Shown: positions 23,389 through 31,904 of the stretch, in pieces
Position numbering within the stretch: the stretch's first letter is position 1
How the letters are laid out: each line of letters opens with the position of its first letter
Translations under genes and position numbers: made by a program
The notes under the pieces: generated by a model
Told to the model about the DNA's origin: nothing
The model's database searches: none
What the model saw: only the letters and a program-made list of their open reading frames with translations
NCBI GenBank assembly: GCA_964555555.1
Contig: CAZKSQ010000002.1
Location: 1-34,899 of the forward strand
Origin: an uncultured Candidatus Saccharibacteria bacterium
Lineage (GTDB): Bacteria; Patescibacteriota; Minisyncoccia; Phycocordibacterales; PALSA-1337
Reading direction: 5' to 3'
Length of the DNA stretch: 34,899 nucleotides

Positions 23389-25038
23389 ATGGAAAACACT
23401 TCACCTGAGACGCAAGCACTCTTATCAAAAGAGCCTGATAATCTGTTGCAAAAGGGTATTTCTACGTGGAAATTCAAAATAATAAAGTGTACAGGATGGA
23501 TGGCAATAGCTATTGCATGTTTTAAAATAGCATATGATTCATATTGGGTCGCGGTTGGAATCGATTATCTATATAAAGGAATATTGGACGCATATCAACC
23601 GGGGTTTGCGATAACCATTGTGGTATATGCAATATCTTTCGTGTACATTGTCCTTGGCAAGAGAGTGACCCATCCAAGAGACATAAATTTGCGGATACAT
23701 ATTCGCATACTTCTGATTCTGTCACTTGTTATAGGTATATACGAAGTTATACGGCCAAACTCTTTTGGTTACCTCCTGTTGTTCTTGGCTATATCTCTTA
23801 TGATTTCAGATTATATCGTAGGTTCCCTTAGAAAATCAGAAGAATATAACGGTCATTTAACGACTTCTGCATATAGGATTAACAAAAAAGGATGGGTAAT
23901 TATATTTGTCTTTACAGCGATTTTAGTTGCTATTATGCCTGCATTAGAAAAGAAAGTTTCTCCAGTCATCGTCTGGAAGAGCTATCAGGATACCGGTTGG
24001 GGCTTTCAATTGTCATATCCGTCGCAATTTCGTCTAGTGAGCCAAGATGACAATCAAAACGGTCCGTTGCATTATTTTATTCCACAGAAGACATATGCAG
24101 AATCTGGTTACGTTGGCAAATTACTTGAAATCGCAGATGTTGATGGCACTTCAACATTACGGGGTTACATGGAGGTAACGATTCTGCCGATTCAGCCAAA
24201 AAGTCTTGAAGTATTAGATGGAGAATTGCGTGCAGATGTTGCTTCAAGCTCCGTATCATATCAATTGAAGGGAATATCGACCGCACTAAATTATGTCACT
24301 ATCGAAGATAGAAATCTTCCAGCTATCACATACACAATGACAAAAGATGGAACAAATAAACAGCTTACTTATATTTACTATTTTATTCCACCGTACACGA
24401 TTTTTGGAAAGCCGCAGCCGTCAAAGCTGTTAAGGATTGATTATACCCCGAGCGATAGCGATATACTTAAACAGATAGTTTCAACGATGAAATTAATTCC
24501 AATCATACCAACCGATGACTCTTTATATTATAGTGTTAAAGATAACAAGGATAGTTTCTGGTGTGACCGGATAAAGGATGGAGACCTCAAAAGAAACTGT
24601 TACATTGCAGTTCGCGGTCATCCAATTATCGATTATTATCCGGTTGATTTTTCAGCTACCGTAGGAAAAGGCGGAAAAGTTCATGTGAGTAGTTCTGATA
24701 TAACTCTGTCAGCATCTAAACCGGACAATGCTACAACAGGCGTGGCGTGGATAGCGATTCCGGTGACAGAAAATCAGACACCTTGGGAGTTGATAAATTT
24801 TGATGCAGCGTTTACCAATGGAGTAAAAGCACAGGGACTGCTTACGGTTTTTTGGGATACTCATTCTATAGGTACGGAAGATGGGCGTCTCGACATGTCT
24901 TATGTTGGATTTGGTCCTTTTGATGTTGGCAGTAGCACTCCAGGAAGCGTCCATGTATTAGGCTTTAGGCTTGATACATTCGCTCCAGGAAACGCCTCTG
25001 TAACTATATCTAAGATATCGGGTGAATTAGTCCATTAA
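23389..25038 (+). CDS. membrane-anchored protein with extracytoplasmic region and a C-terminal module shared with the HAF-lipase protein
   Basis: About 5 N-terminal TM helices. The C-terminal INFDAAFTNGVKAQGLLTVFWDTHSIGTEDGR...VHVLGFRLDTF aligns to VSFDAEFTDTNSAQGLLSVYWDTNTIGTLDER...LHMLGFRLDPF. Confidence 0.8.
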   Translation: MENTSPETQALLSKEPDNLLQKGISTWKFKIIKCTGWMAIAIACFKIAYDSYWVAVGIDYLYKGILDAYQPGFAITIVVYAISFVYIVLGKRVTHPRDINLRIHIRILLILSLVIGIYEVIRPNSFGYLLLFLAISLMISDYIVGSLRKSEEYNGHLTTSAYRINKKGWVIIFVFTAILVAIMPALEKKVSPVIVWKSYQDTGWGFQLSYPSQFRLVSQDDNQNGPLHYFIPQKTYAESGYVGKLLEIADVDGTSTLRGYMEVTILPIQPKSLEVLDGELRADVASSSVSYQLKGISTALNYVTIEDRNLPAITYTMTKDGTNKQLTYIYYFIPPYTIFGKPQPSKLLRIDYTPSDSDILKQIVSTMKLIPIIPTDDSLYYSVKDNKDSFWCDRIKDGDLKRNCYIAVRGHPIIDYYPVDFSATVGKGGKVHVSSSDITLSASKPDNATTGVAWIAIPVTENQTPWELINFDAAFTNGVKAQGLLTVFWDTHSIGTEDGRLDMSYVGFGPFDVGSSTPGSVHVLGFRLDTFAPGNASVTISKISGELVH

Positions 25039-25048
25039 TACTTTTTTC

Positions 25049-25960
25049 ATGTCCCGCATCCAAGAAATCAACTCTGCCATAGAAAAACTCAAGGCATTTC
25101 GCGCGGACCCGGATTATGGCGACCGCCAATATGCCATAGACGAGAACATCATCTTCCTGGAAGCTATAAAGTCGTTGCCGCGATATGCGAAATGGCTCAT
25201 AACCAGGGCTAAAAAGATAGATGGCAAAAGGCTTTTGGAGCTGACGGATTTTCCGGTGGAGGAGTGGGATGTAAGCATGCACAAAAGACTTATTCAGATC
25301 GAAAGAAACAAGCACATCGGACTCGGCAAACCATTAGTTGATGGCATATTCAACCACATCAAACAGCAAAAAGGTCCATTGAAATTGGTTAATCTGGGTG
25401 CTGGCGGGATGGAAGTCGATAGGCAAGTCATAGAGAAACTTATCGGCGACAGATACAATGTTCCGATTATATTCATTGGCGTAGATAAGTCTCCGATAAC
25501 CAATAAGATTGCTTATGAAAACCTCAAGACACTCGGCGCTTTGGTTAAGATTGTTCAAATGGAGCAGCTGACCAAAGAAAGGCTCGATGAAATAGCAAAG
25601 AACAATCTTGGCATAACGGTAATTCTCTGCAAAAACGACATATTCAAGCTGGATAAAGAATTTCCGGCGCAGACATTCGATGTGATATATCATTCGCTTT
25701 TCAAGCACCACATCAAAATGGAAATGCAGAAAAACCTGGATGCTATAATGGAGAAGATCGCGAAGAAGCGGCTGGAGTACGATGGCTTCAGAACCTGGCC
25801 AGTCGTGATCCCGCAAAGCATAGCTGCTTGGAAATACCCGATCTTCTTGGGCGGCACGATATTTTCGGTTTTGAGGTACGAGACGGTCGATGAAATAAGC
25901 AGATTGCCTGGCAAAAAGACTTTCTATAAGAAGACCGGGCATTGCTTGCGCGAGTTCTGA
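25049..25960 (+). CDS. putative SAM-dependent methyltransferase-fold protein
   Basis: 303 aa. LVNLGAGGMEVD (motif-I-like), then IGVDKS. The assignment is weak. Confidence 0.5.
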   Translation: MSRIQEINSAIEKLKAFRADPDYGDRQYAIDENIIFLEAIKSLPRYAKWLITRAKKIDGKRLLELTDFPVEEWDVSMHKRLIQIERNKHIGLGKPLVDGIFNHIKQQKGPLKLVNLGAGGMEVDRQVIEKLIGDRYNVPIIFIGVDKSPITNKIAYENLKTLGALVKIVQMEQLTKERLDEIAKNNLGITVILCKNDIFKLDKEFPAQTFDVIYHSLFKHHIKMEMQKNLDAIMEKIAKKRLEYDGFRTWPVVIPQSIAAWKYPIFLGGTIFSVLRYETVDEISRLPGKKTFYKKTGHCLREF

Positions 25961-25968
25961 CAAAAAAC

Positions 25969-27639
25969 ATGATCCAAGATTCAATAGCACTTTTCACCAG
26001 CCTGCAATTCAAAAATCTGGACCTATTGACGGTAGGTATTACCGTTGCGGCAATTGTCATACTCGGCTTTGTGGTGTATCTCAATAATACCAAGAGCATC
26101 ACGAATCAATCCTTTGCTATTTTTTGTACAGTGACGGTACTGTGGAGCTTCTTCAATTATATAAATTACCAGACATCCGCACCGGAACTCGTGCTCTGGC
26201 TTTTGAGAGTCGTTATATTTTTGGGAGTTTGGCATTCGTTCAGTTTTTTCCAATTTTGCTATGTATTTCCGGATGAACATAAGAAATTCCCTAAGTGGTA
26301 TAAGTTTGTGCTATATCCGTGGACTTTGCTGGTTTCTATACTGACACTTTCGCCGCTGGTCTTCTCGAGCATCGCGCAGATATCTTCTAGCGGATCCGTA
26401 TCGAAAACGGTCGTTCAAAACGGCATAGTGCTGTTCGTCCTGACTGTCATAGGCTTGCTCATTGCTGGAGTCACGATACTGATCCGAAAGATCCGCAATG
26501 TTAGCAAAAAAGAAAAGGGGCAATACTATTCCATCTTGACTGGAGCGGTGATCACCTTCGGCTTGCTCTTCACATTCAATCTCATTCTGCCGGGTTTGTT
26601 CTTGAATGTCCGATTTATTCCGCTCGGTGCCATATTCATCTTCCCATTCATTGCCTTTACTTCTTATGCAATATATAGACACAACCTCTTTAATGTCAAA
26701 GTCGCGGCTGTTTCCATGACTGCTTTTATCCTGACGATATTCAGCTCGATAAATATCATTTATGCTAGCCAGTTCAGCCAAGTCATCATCAATGTATCGA
26801 TGTTCGCGGCGGTGCTATTGGGCAGTACGGTCTTGATCCGCAGCATCCTCCGCGAGATCGAGCAGCGCGAAAAGATCGAAAAGCTGGCGGCGCAATTGCA
26901 GACGGCGAATGATAGGCTGACGGATCTCAACCGGCAGAAGTCGGAATTCGTATCGTTCGCCAGCCATCAGCTCCGAGCGCCTTTGACAGCGATGAAAGGA
27001 TATTCGTCGCTCTTGCTCGAAGGCGACATGGGCGAGCTTTCCAAAGAGGCGCGTGATGGCGTGAGCAGGATATATGACTCGACCAAGACGCTGGTGAACA
27101 TCGTCGACGACTATCTGAATATCAGCCGCATCGAGCTGGGCACCATGAAGTATATGTTCGAAACCATCGACCTGAAGCAGATGATCGAGGATGTCATCGC
27201 CGAGCTTCGGCCGAATATCGAAAAAACCAAGATCGGCTTCTCATTCAAGGCGGAAAATACCGATGGCGACTACCGCATCAATGCCGACAAGGACAAGCTG
27301 AAGCAGGTCATAGCGAACCTGGTAGACAATTCGCTCAAGTATACGCCTAGCGGAAAAGTGGACGTGTCGCTCGCTTATGACAAAGTGAAGTGCAAGTTCG
27401 TATTCAAGATCCAAGATACCGGCATCGGCATTGCGCCGGAAATATTGCCGCAGCTTTTCAAGAAATTCAATCGTTCTGACAGCGCCTATAAGATCAATAT
27501 CAAGGGCACGGGCCTGGGATTGTACGTGGCCAAAGAGATGGTGGAAGCGCACCACGGAACTATCCGAGCGGAGTCGGAAGGCGAAGGCAAAGGATCGACA
27601 TTCATCGTGGAATTGGAGCCGAGTGAGAAGAAGTGCTAA
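25969..27639 (+). CDS. sensor histidine kinase with polytopic N-terminal membrane domain
   Basis: About 8 TM helices and a coiled coil. H-box FASHQLRAPL, N-box DNSLKYTP, G1 DTGIGI, G2 GTGLGL. ATG 25969 preferred to TTG 25942. Confidence 0.85.
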   Translation: MIQDSIALFTSLQFKNLDLLTVGITVAAIVILGFVVYLNNTKSITNQSFAIFCTVTVLWSFFNYINYQTSAPELVLWLLRVVIFLGVWHSFSFFQFCYVFPDEHKKFPKWYKFVLYPWTLLVSILTLSPLVFSSIAQISSSGSVSKTVVQNGIVLFVLTVIGLLIAGVTILIRKIRNVSKKEKGQYYSILTGAVITFGLLFTFNLILPGLFLNVRFIPLGAIFIFPFIAFTSYAIYRHNLFNVKVAAVSMTAFILTIFSSINIIYASQFSQVIINVSMFAAVLLGSTVLIRSILREIEQREKIEKLAAQLQTANDRLTDLNRQKSEFVSFASHQLRAPLTAMKGYSSLLLEGDMGELSKEARDGVSRIYDSTKTLVNIVDDYLNISRIELGTMKYMFETIDLKQMIEDVIAELRPNIEKTKIGFSFKAENTDGDYRINADKDKLKQVIANLVDNSLKYTPSGKVDVSLAYDKVKCKFVFKIQDTGIGIAPEILPQLFKKFNRSDSAYKINIKGTGLGLYVAKEMVEAHHGTIRAESEGEGKGSTFIVELEPSEKKC

Positions 27640-27645
27640 TGACTG

Positions 27646-28134
27646 CTATATGATTATTTTCAATTGCTTGTCTGCGTTTTCCAAAGCCTCTTTCTCCTCC
27701 TCTGAAAGCTCTATCTGCGCCTTGTGGTCGGCGACAGGCTTGGAAAAGACGCGGGTGTGATCGCGAGAATGCAGGCTGGAAATGATGACGCCGGAACCAT
27801 CCTCGTTCAAAAGCGCTGTTGCGAAGCTCTGATTGCCGCCTTCGCCAGAGCCTTTGAAGGGATTGAAACGTACGGTGTGAACGGAGCGCACACTTTTCCT
27901 AAGGCGTTTTTCGACGAGTGTAAGGTATGACTCGATCTCCTTTCGGGACTTCTTCAGGTCATCGAGCTCGCCCGATACGAAGTTGAGGGAGTCGCCGACG
28001 TTCTTGGAGTCAAAGCTGACTAGGAAGCGGCGCATCTTGAAAGTGAGCCAGATGACTAGGCACAAAAGGACAACAGTCATTATTCCAAGGATTATGATTG
28101 CAATGAATAGCGGATCTGCAGAAATGTTTTGCAT
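27646..28134 (-). CDS. DUF4446-like membrane-anchored protein
   Basis: N-terminal TM helix, then VRFNPFKGSGEGGNQSFATALLNEDGSGVIISSLHSR, which I recall as the DUF4446 signature. Confidence 0.7.
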   Translation of the reverse strand: MQNISADPLFIAIIILGIMTVVLLCLVIWLTFKMRRFLVSFDSKNVGDSLNFVSGELDDLKKSRKEIESYLTLVEKRLRKSVRSVHTVRFNPFKGSGEGGNQSFATALLNEDGSGVIISSLHSRDHTRVFSKPVADHKAQIELSEEEKEALENADKQLKIII

Positions 28135-28180
28135 GAAGCGTCATTATACAAAACAGAATTTTCATTGTAAACTCTCTCTA

Positions 28181-29392
28181 ATGTTTAACCGCCGAATATA
28201 CCTCGACTACGCTTCTTTGACGCCGATCGACAAAAGGGTCATGAAAGAGATGAAAAAATACTCGAGTTCGGCTTATGCCAATGCTTCTTCGTGGTACCGC
28301 GAAGGCGTAGCGGCGAAGAATGCTCTCGATGCGGCGAGGAAAAATGTCGCCGGTTTTCTCCGTGCGCATCAGGATGAAGTGACTTTTACTTCGGGCGGCA
28401 CAGAAGGGAACAATATGGCAATGATCGGCAGTATCGAACACTTGCATGAGCAGGGCATCGAGTACGAAAAGATGCATGTTATCATAAGCGCCATAGAACA
28501 TTCTTCTGTCCGCGAATGCGCGAATTACTTGAATGACAAGGGCGTAATCGTTGACGTTGTGCCGGTAAAGCAAGATGGAATAGTCGACTTGGATGCTTTG
28601 AAACAAAAGATCAGACCGAATACTGCCCTGGTCTCTATTATGACTGTCAATAATGAGATCGGAACCGTACAACCTATTCGAGAAATAGCTAAGGTTATTA
28701 GGCATGCCCACACTAAGATTAAGAGTGGTGTCGAATCGACTCCGTCAGCTGACGGATTCAATTTTCAATCTGAAATCAAATACCCGCTTTTTCATACTGA
28801 CGCCGCCCAAGGCCTCTATGAAGACTTGAATGTAGAAAGGCTGGGCGTGGATTTCCTGACGCTCGATGGCTCGAAGCTATACGGACCGCGCGGCATTGGC
28901 GCGCTATATCACAAGAAGAATATTCCTTTGACGCCTCTCCTTTATGGCGGCGGACAGGAAAATGGCTTGCGATCTGGCACGGAGAATATCCCCGCGATCA
29001 TGGGATTTTCCAAAGCGCTGGAATTGGTAAATGCGACAAGAGAATCGGAAGAGAGGAGGATCGCGGAGCTGCGCAAATACTTCATCGCTCGATTGAAGTC
29101 ACTAGACAATAGCATCACGGTGAATGGGAATACCGCCGATTCGTCGCCGCATATTCTGAACGTCTCTATTCCAGGAATTGATAGCGAATTCTTTGTCTTG
29201 CAACTGGATGCGAAGGGAATCGCCTGCTCCACGAAGAGCTCATGCCTGCGTGACAACGATGAGTCATATGTCCTGAAAGCGATAGGTGCCAACAGCAAGA
29301 ATTCGGTGAGGTTTTCTTTTGGGAGAGGGACGAGTATATGGAACTTGGCAAAAACTATAAGGGTTATAGGAAAGCTTATTGAAAGCCGGTAA
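28181..29392 (+). CDS. cysteine desulfurase (class V aminotransferase, NifS/IscS-like)
   Basis: HTDAAQG. The PLP-lysine context LDGSKLYGPRGIGALY. The catalytic-Cys loop GIACSTKSSC. Start at ATG 28181 (MFNRRIYLDYAS). Confidence 0.85.
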   Translation: MFNRRIYLDYASLTPIDKRVMKEMKKYSSSAYANASSWYREGVAAKNALDAARKNVAGFLRAHQDEVTFTSGGTEGNNMAMIGSIEHLHEQGIEYEKMHVIISAIEHSSVRECANYLNDKGVIVDVVPVKQDGIVDLDALKQKIRPNTALVSIMTVNNEIGTVQPIREIAKVIRHAHTKIKSGVESTPSADGFNFQSEIKYPLFHTDAAQGLYEDLNVERLGVDFLTLDGSKLYGPRGIGALYHKKNIPLTPLLYGGGQENGLRSGTENIPAIMGFSKALELVNATRESEERRIAELRKYFIARLKSLDNSITVNGNTADSSPHILNVSIPGIDSEFFVLQLDAKGIACSTKSSCLRDNDESYVLKAIGANSKNSVRFSFGRGTSIWNLAKTIRVIGKLIESR

Positions 29393-29411
29393 GGTGATAA
29401 TGATATCTTCT

Positions 29412-29530
29412 GCAAGCAAAGACAAAAAGGCGCTATTATTTTTTCTAAAAATCCGTGTTCAGATCAGGAGCTACACCCCACTGCTTCTCATTTTTAGAAA
29501 AAATAATAGCGCCTTTTTGTCTTTGCTTGC
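29412..29530. repeat. long-hairpin element A (41-bp perfect stem, 37-nt loop)
   Basis: 29412-29452 is the exact reverse complement of 29490-29530. Loop: CCGTGTTCAGATCAGGAGCTACACCCCACTGCTTCTC. Confidence 0.95.
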
Positions 29531-29533
29531 GAA

Positions 29534-30421
29534 TTACGCGATCTTGTATCGGCCGTTATATTCGGTGATAGTGCCAAGGAGTTCCAATTCGGAAACAATA
29601 GTATTGAACTTCGAAGATGATAACCCAGTCTTGGTCATCAGGTCCGTTGAAGATAGAGGCTCGATTTTCAAATAATCCACTATTGCTTTCTGTTGCGGAG
29701 AAAGAGCCATTTCTGCAAAATTCGGCAAGGCCTGATTCATGCCATCTTTTCTGATTACGGGAAAACCGAGTGCTTGAAGTATATCCGCCGAAGATGCTAC
29801 AGGCGTCGCGCCTCGGCGCAAAAGCATGTTGGGTCCATAAGAAAGCTCTGCAAATATGGATCCTGGAATCGTAAGGATGTCTCTTCCGAAAGTTGCCGCA
29901 TAATCTGCGGTGATCAGCGTTCCAGAACCTTGCGCAGCTTCGACTATCAGCGTTGCATGGCTGGTGCCGGCCATGAGGCGATTCCTGGTCGGAAATGTCC
30001 AATCTGCGCCTGGCTGATCGAGCTTGAAAGGCGAGATCAGTGTGCCTCCAGAATCCACGATCTTTTTTGCCAGTTGCCTGTGGCATGCCGGATAGATCGC
30101 TTCGTGAGAAAGCCCGGAACCTGGAAAGCTAAGAGTGGTCAACTCTGCATCTAAAGCAGCTTCGTGCGAAATCGAATCTATGCCTAATGCTAGACCTGAC
30201 ACAATAACTATGGGGTATCCTGCAAGTCCGGAAATAAGCTTTATGCAAGCATCGCGGCCATACTGGCTATTCAGTCTGGAGCCGACAACGCACAAAAACT
30301 TGTTGTCATTGGACGGCAAGTCGCCAGCGATATGCATCTCATCAGGCAAATTTGGGATTTGTTGAAGCAAAAAGGGATATTGGTTTTTGTTTATTTTTCT
30401 AGTCGTCATTTTTGTAATCAT
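29534..30421 (-). CDS. dprA: DNA processing/protecting protein DprA (Smf)
   Basis: VSGLALGIDSISHEAAL and EAAQGSGTLITADYAATFGRDILTIPGSIF, plus a C-terminal winged-helix-like tail. Confidence 0.9.
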   Translation of the reverse strand: MITKMTTRKINKNQYPFLLQQIPNLPDEMHIAGDLPSNDNKFLCVVGSRLNSQYGRDACIKLISGLAGYPIVIVSGLALGIDSISHEAALDAELTTLSFPGSGLSHEAIYPACHRQLAKKIVDSGGTLISPFKLDQPGADWTFPTRNRLMAGTSHATLIVEAAQGSGTLITADYAATFGRDILTIPGSIFAELSYGPNMLLRRGATPVASSADILQALGFPVIRKDGMNQALPNFAEMALSPQQKAIVDYLKIEPLSSTDLMTKTGLSSSKFNTIVSELELLGTITEYNGRYKIA

Positions 30422-30431
30422 GTTATTAATT

Positions 30432-30558
30432 TAAAATCGGTGCACAAAAGAGCACTTTTCATTTTATTTGGAAAATCCGTGTCCGTACCAAGAAACGCTT
30501 GCCACTGCTTCTCATTTTCCAAATAAAATGAAAAGTGCTCTTTTGTGCACCGATTTTA
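30432..30558. repeat. long-hairpin element B (45-bp perfect stem, 37-nt loop)
   Basis: 30432-30476 is the exact reverse complement of 30514-30558. Loop: CCGTGTCCGTACCAAGAAACGCTTGCCACTGCTTCTC. Confidence 0.95.
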
Positions 30559-30588
30559 CCACCTAACTGATGCAAATGAAAATAATTG

Positions 30589-30597
30589 TGCTAAACT
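30589..30597 (+). promoter_or_regulatory. extended -10 element, leaderless-type, for serS
   Basis: TGCTAAACT ends 6 nt before ATG 30604. Confidence 0.45.
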
Positions 30598-30603
30598 AGA
30601 GCC

Positions 30604-31866
30604 ATGTTGGATATCAAATTCATCAGGGAAAACAAGGATCTGGTCGCGCTCGCGGCCAAAAAGAAGCATATAGACTTCAAGGTGGAGGAGCTGATTGTGC
30701 TGGATGACAAGCGCAAGGCTCTCATGTCGAACGCGGAAAAGAAGCGCGCGGCGCAGAATGCGGCCAGCGAGAAAATATCGGCAGGGAAGGATGCGGATGA
30801 GAAAGCCAAGCTCATCGCAGAAATGAAGGTCGTCAAAGCCGATCTGGAAAGCGAAGAGGAAGCGCTGAAAGTTGTGATGAAAGATTGGCAGAGCCAGATG
30901 CTCCGAGTGCCGAACATTCCGGACATGTCGGTGCCGGATGGCAACAGCGACGCTGATAATAAAGAGATCAAGGCTTGGGGCGAAAAACCGAATTTTGCTT
31001 TTGAGCCCAAGGATCACGCGACGATCATGACAGCGCTCAAAATGCTCGATCTGGAACGTGGCGCAAAAGTCCACGGCTTTCGTGGATATTTTTTGACCGG
31101 CGATGGCGTGAAGCTCTGCTTTGCGATATGGAACTATGCCTTGGAATTCTTCTCGGGCAGGGGATTCATCCCGGTACTGCCTCCTATAGTCGTCCGCGGT
31201 TTGAATCTATACGGCTCGGGCTATTTGCCTCAAGGCGAAGAAGATCTCTACAAGACGCAGGACGGGGACTATCTCGCTGGCACCGCCGAAGTGCCTATCA
31301 TGGGACTTCATGCTGATGAGGTTTTGAATGCAAATCAGCTGCCGATGAAGTACCTAGGCTTTTCTCCGTGCTATCGCCGTGAAGCGGGCGCGCACGGCAA
31401 GGACGTCCATGGACTCATTCGCGTGAATGAATTTTATAAATTCGAACAAGTGATCCTCTGCGAGGCGAACCATGAGACCTCGGTAAAATTCCATGAGGAA
31501 CTCAACAGGAATACCGAGGAATTCATCGAATCGTTGAGCATCCCATATCATACGGTTGTGAATTGCGGCGCGGACCTGGGTTTGGGCCAAGTGAAAAAAT
31601 ATGATATCGAGCTGTGGGTGCCAAAAGAGGGTAAGTATAGGGAGATTGGCTCGGCTTCATACTTCCATGATTTTCAATGTCGGCGCCTGAATATCCGCTA
31701 TCGCGACGAGGCGGGAGTGATGCGCTATGCGCATTCGATGAATGCTACAGCGATACCTACGCCGCGCATTTTGGTTTCTTTGGTTGAGAACTTCCAGCAA
31801 GCAGATGGTTCTATACGGATCCCGCCAGTACTGGTCAAATATTTTGGCAAGGAAACCATAAAATAG
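30604..31866 (+). CDS. serS: serine--tRNA ligase
   Basis: MLDIKFIRENKDLV N-terminal coiled-coil arm and class II core (...FSPCYRREAG..., GSASYFHDFQCRRL). 420 aa. Confidence 0.95.
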   Translation: MLDIKFIRENKDLVALAAKKKHIDFKVEELIVLDDKRKALMSNAEKKRAAQNAASEKISAGKDADEKAKLIAEMKVVKADLESEEEALKVVMKDWQSQMLRVPNIPDMSVPDGNSDADNKEIKAWGEKPNFAFEPKDHATIMTALKMLDLERGAKVHGFRGYFLTGDGVKLCFAIWNYALEFFSGRGFIPVLPPIVVRGLNLYGSGYLPQGEEDLYKTQDGDYLAGTAEVPIMGLHADEVLNANQLPMKYLGFSPCYRREAGAHGKDVHGLIRVNEFYKFEQVILCEANHETSVKFHEELNRNTEEFIESLSIPYHTVVNCGADLGLGQVKKYDIELWVPKEGKYREIGSASYFHDFQCRRLNIRYRDEAGVMRYAHSMNATAIPTPRILVSLVENFQQADGSIRIPPVLVKYFGKETIK

Positions 31867-31904
31867 TGGAACAATAATGCAGTAATTTTGCATCGTCACG
31901 CGGC

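Noticed and set aside
29379-29675. 98-aa plus-strand ORF running through hairpin element A into the 3' end of dprA
   Set aside because: Its sequence is dictated by the inverted repeat and by antisense dprA. It has no motif and overlaps a confident gene.
29412-30558. Interpreting the two long hairpins as plain intrinsic terminators or as integron attC sites
   Set aside because: Element B lies between divergently transcribed genes, where nothing needs terminating, and neither has a T-run after its stem. I see no attC R/L core sites (RYYYAAC / GTTRRRY), and no integrase is present.
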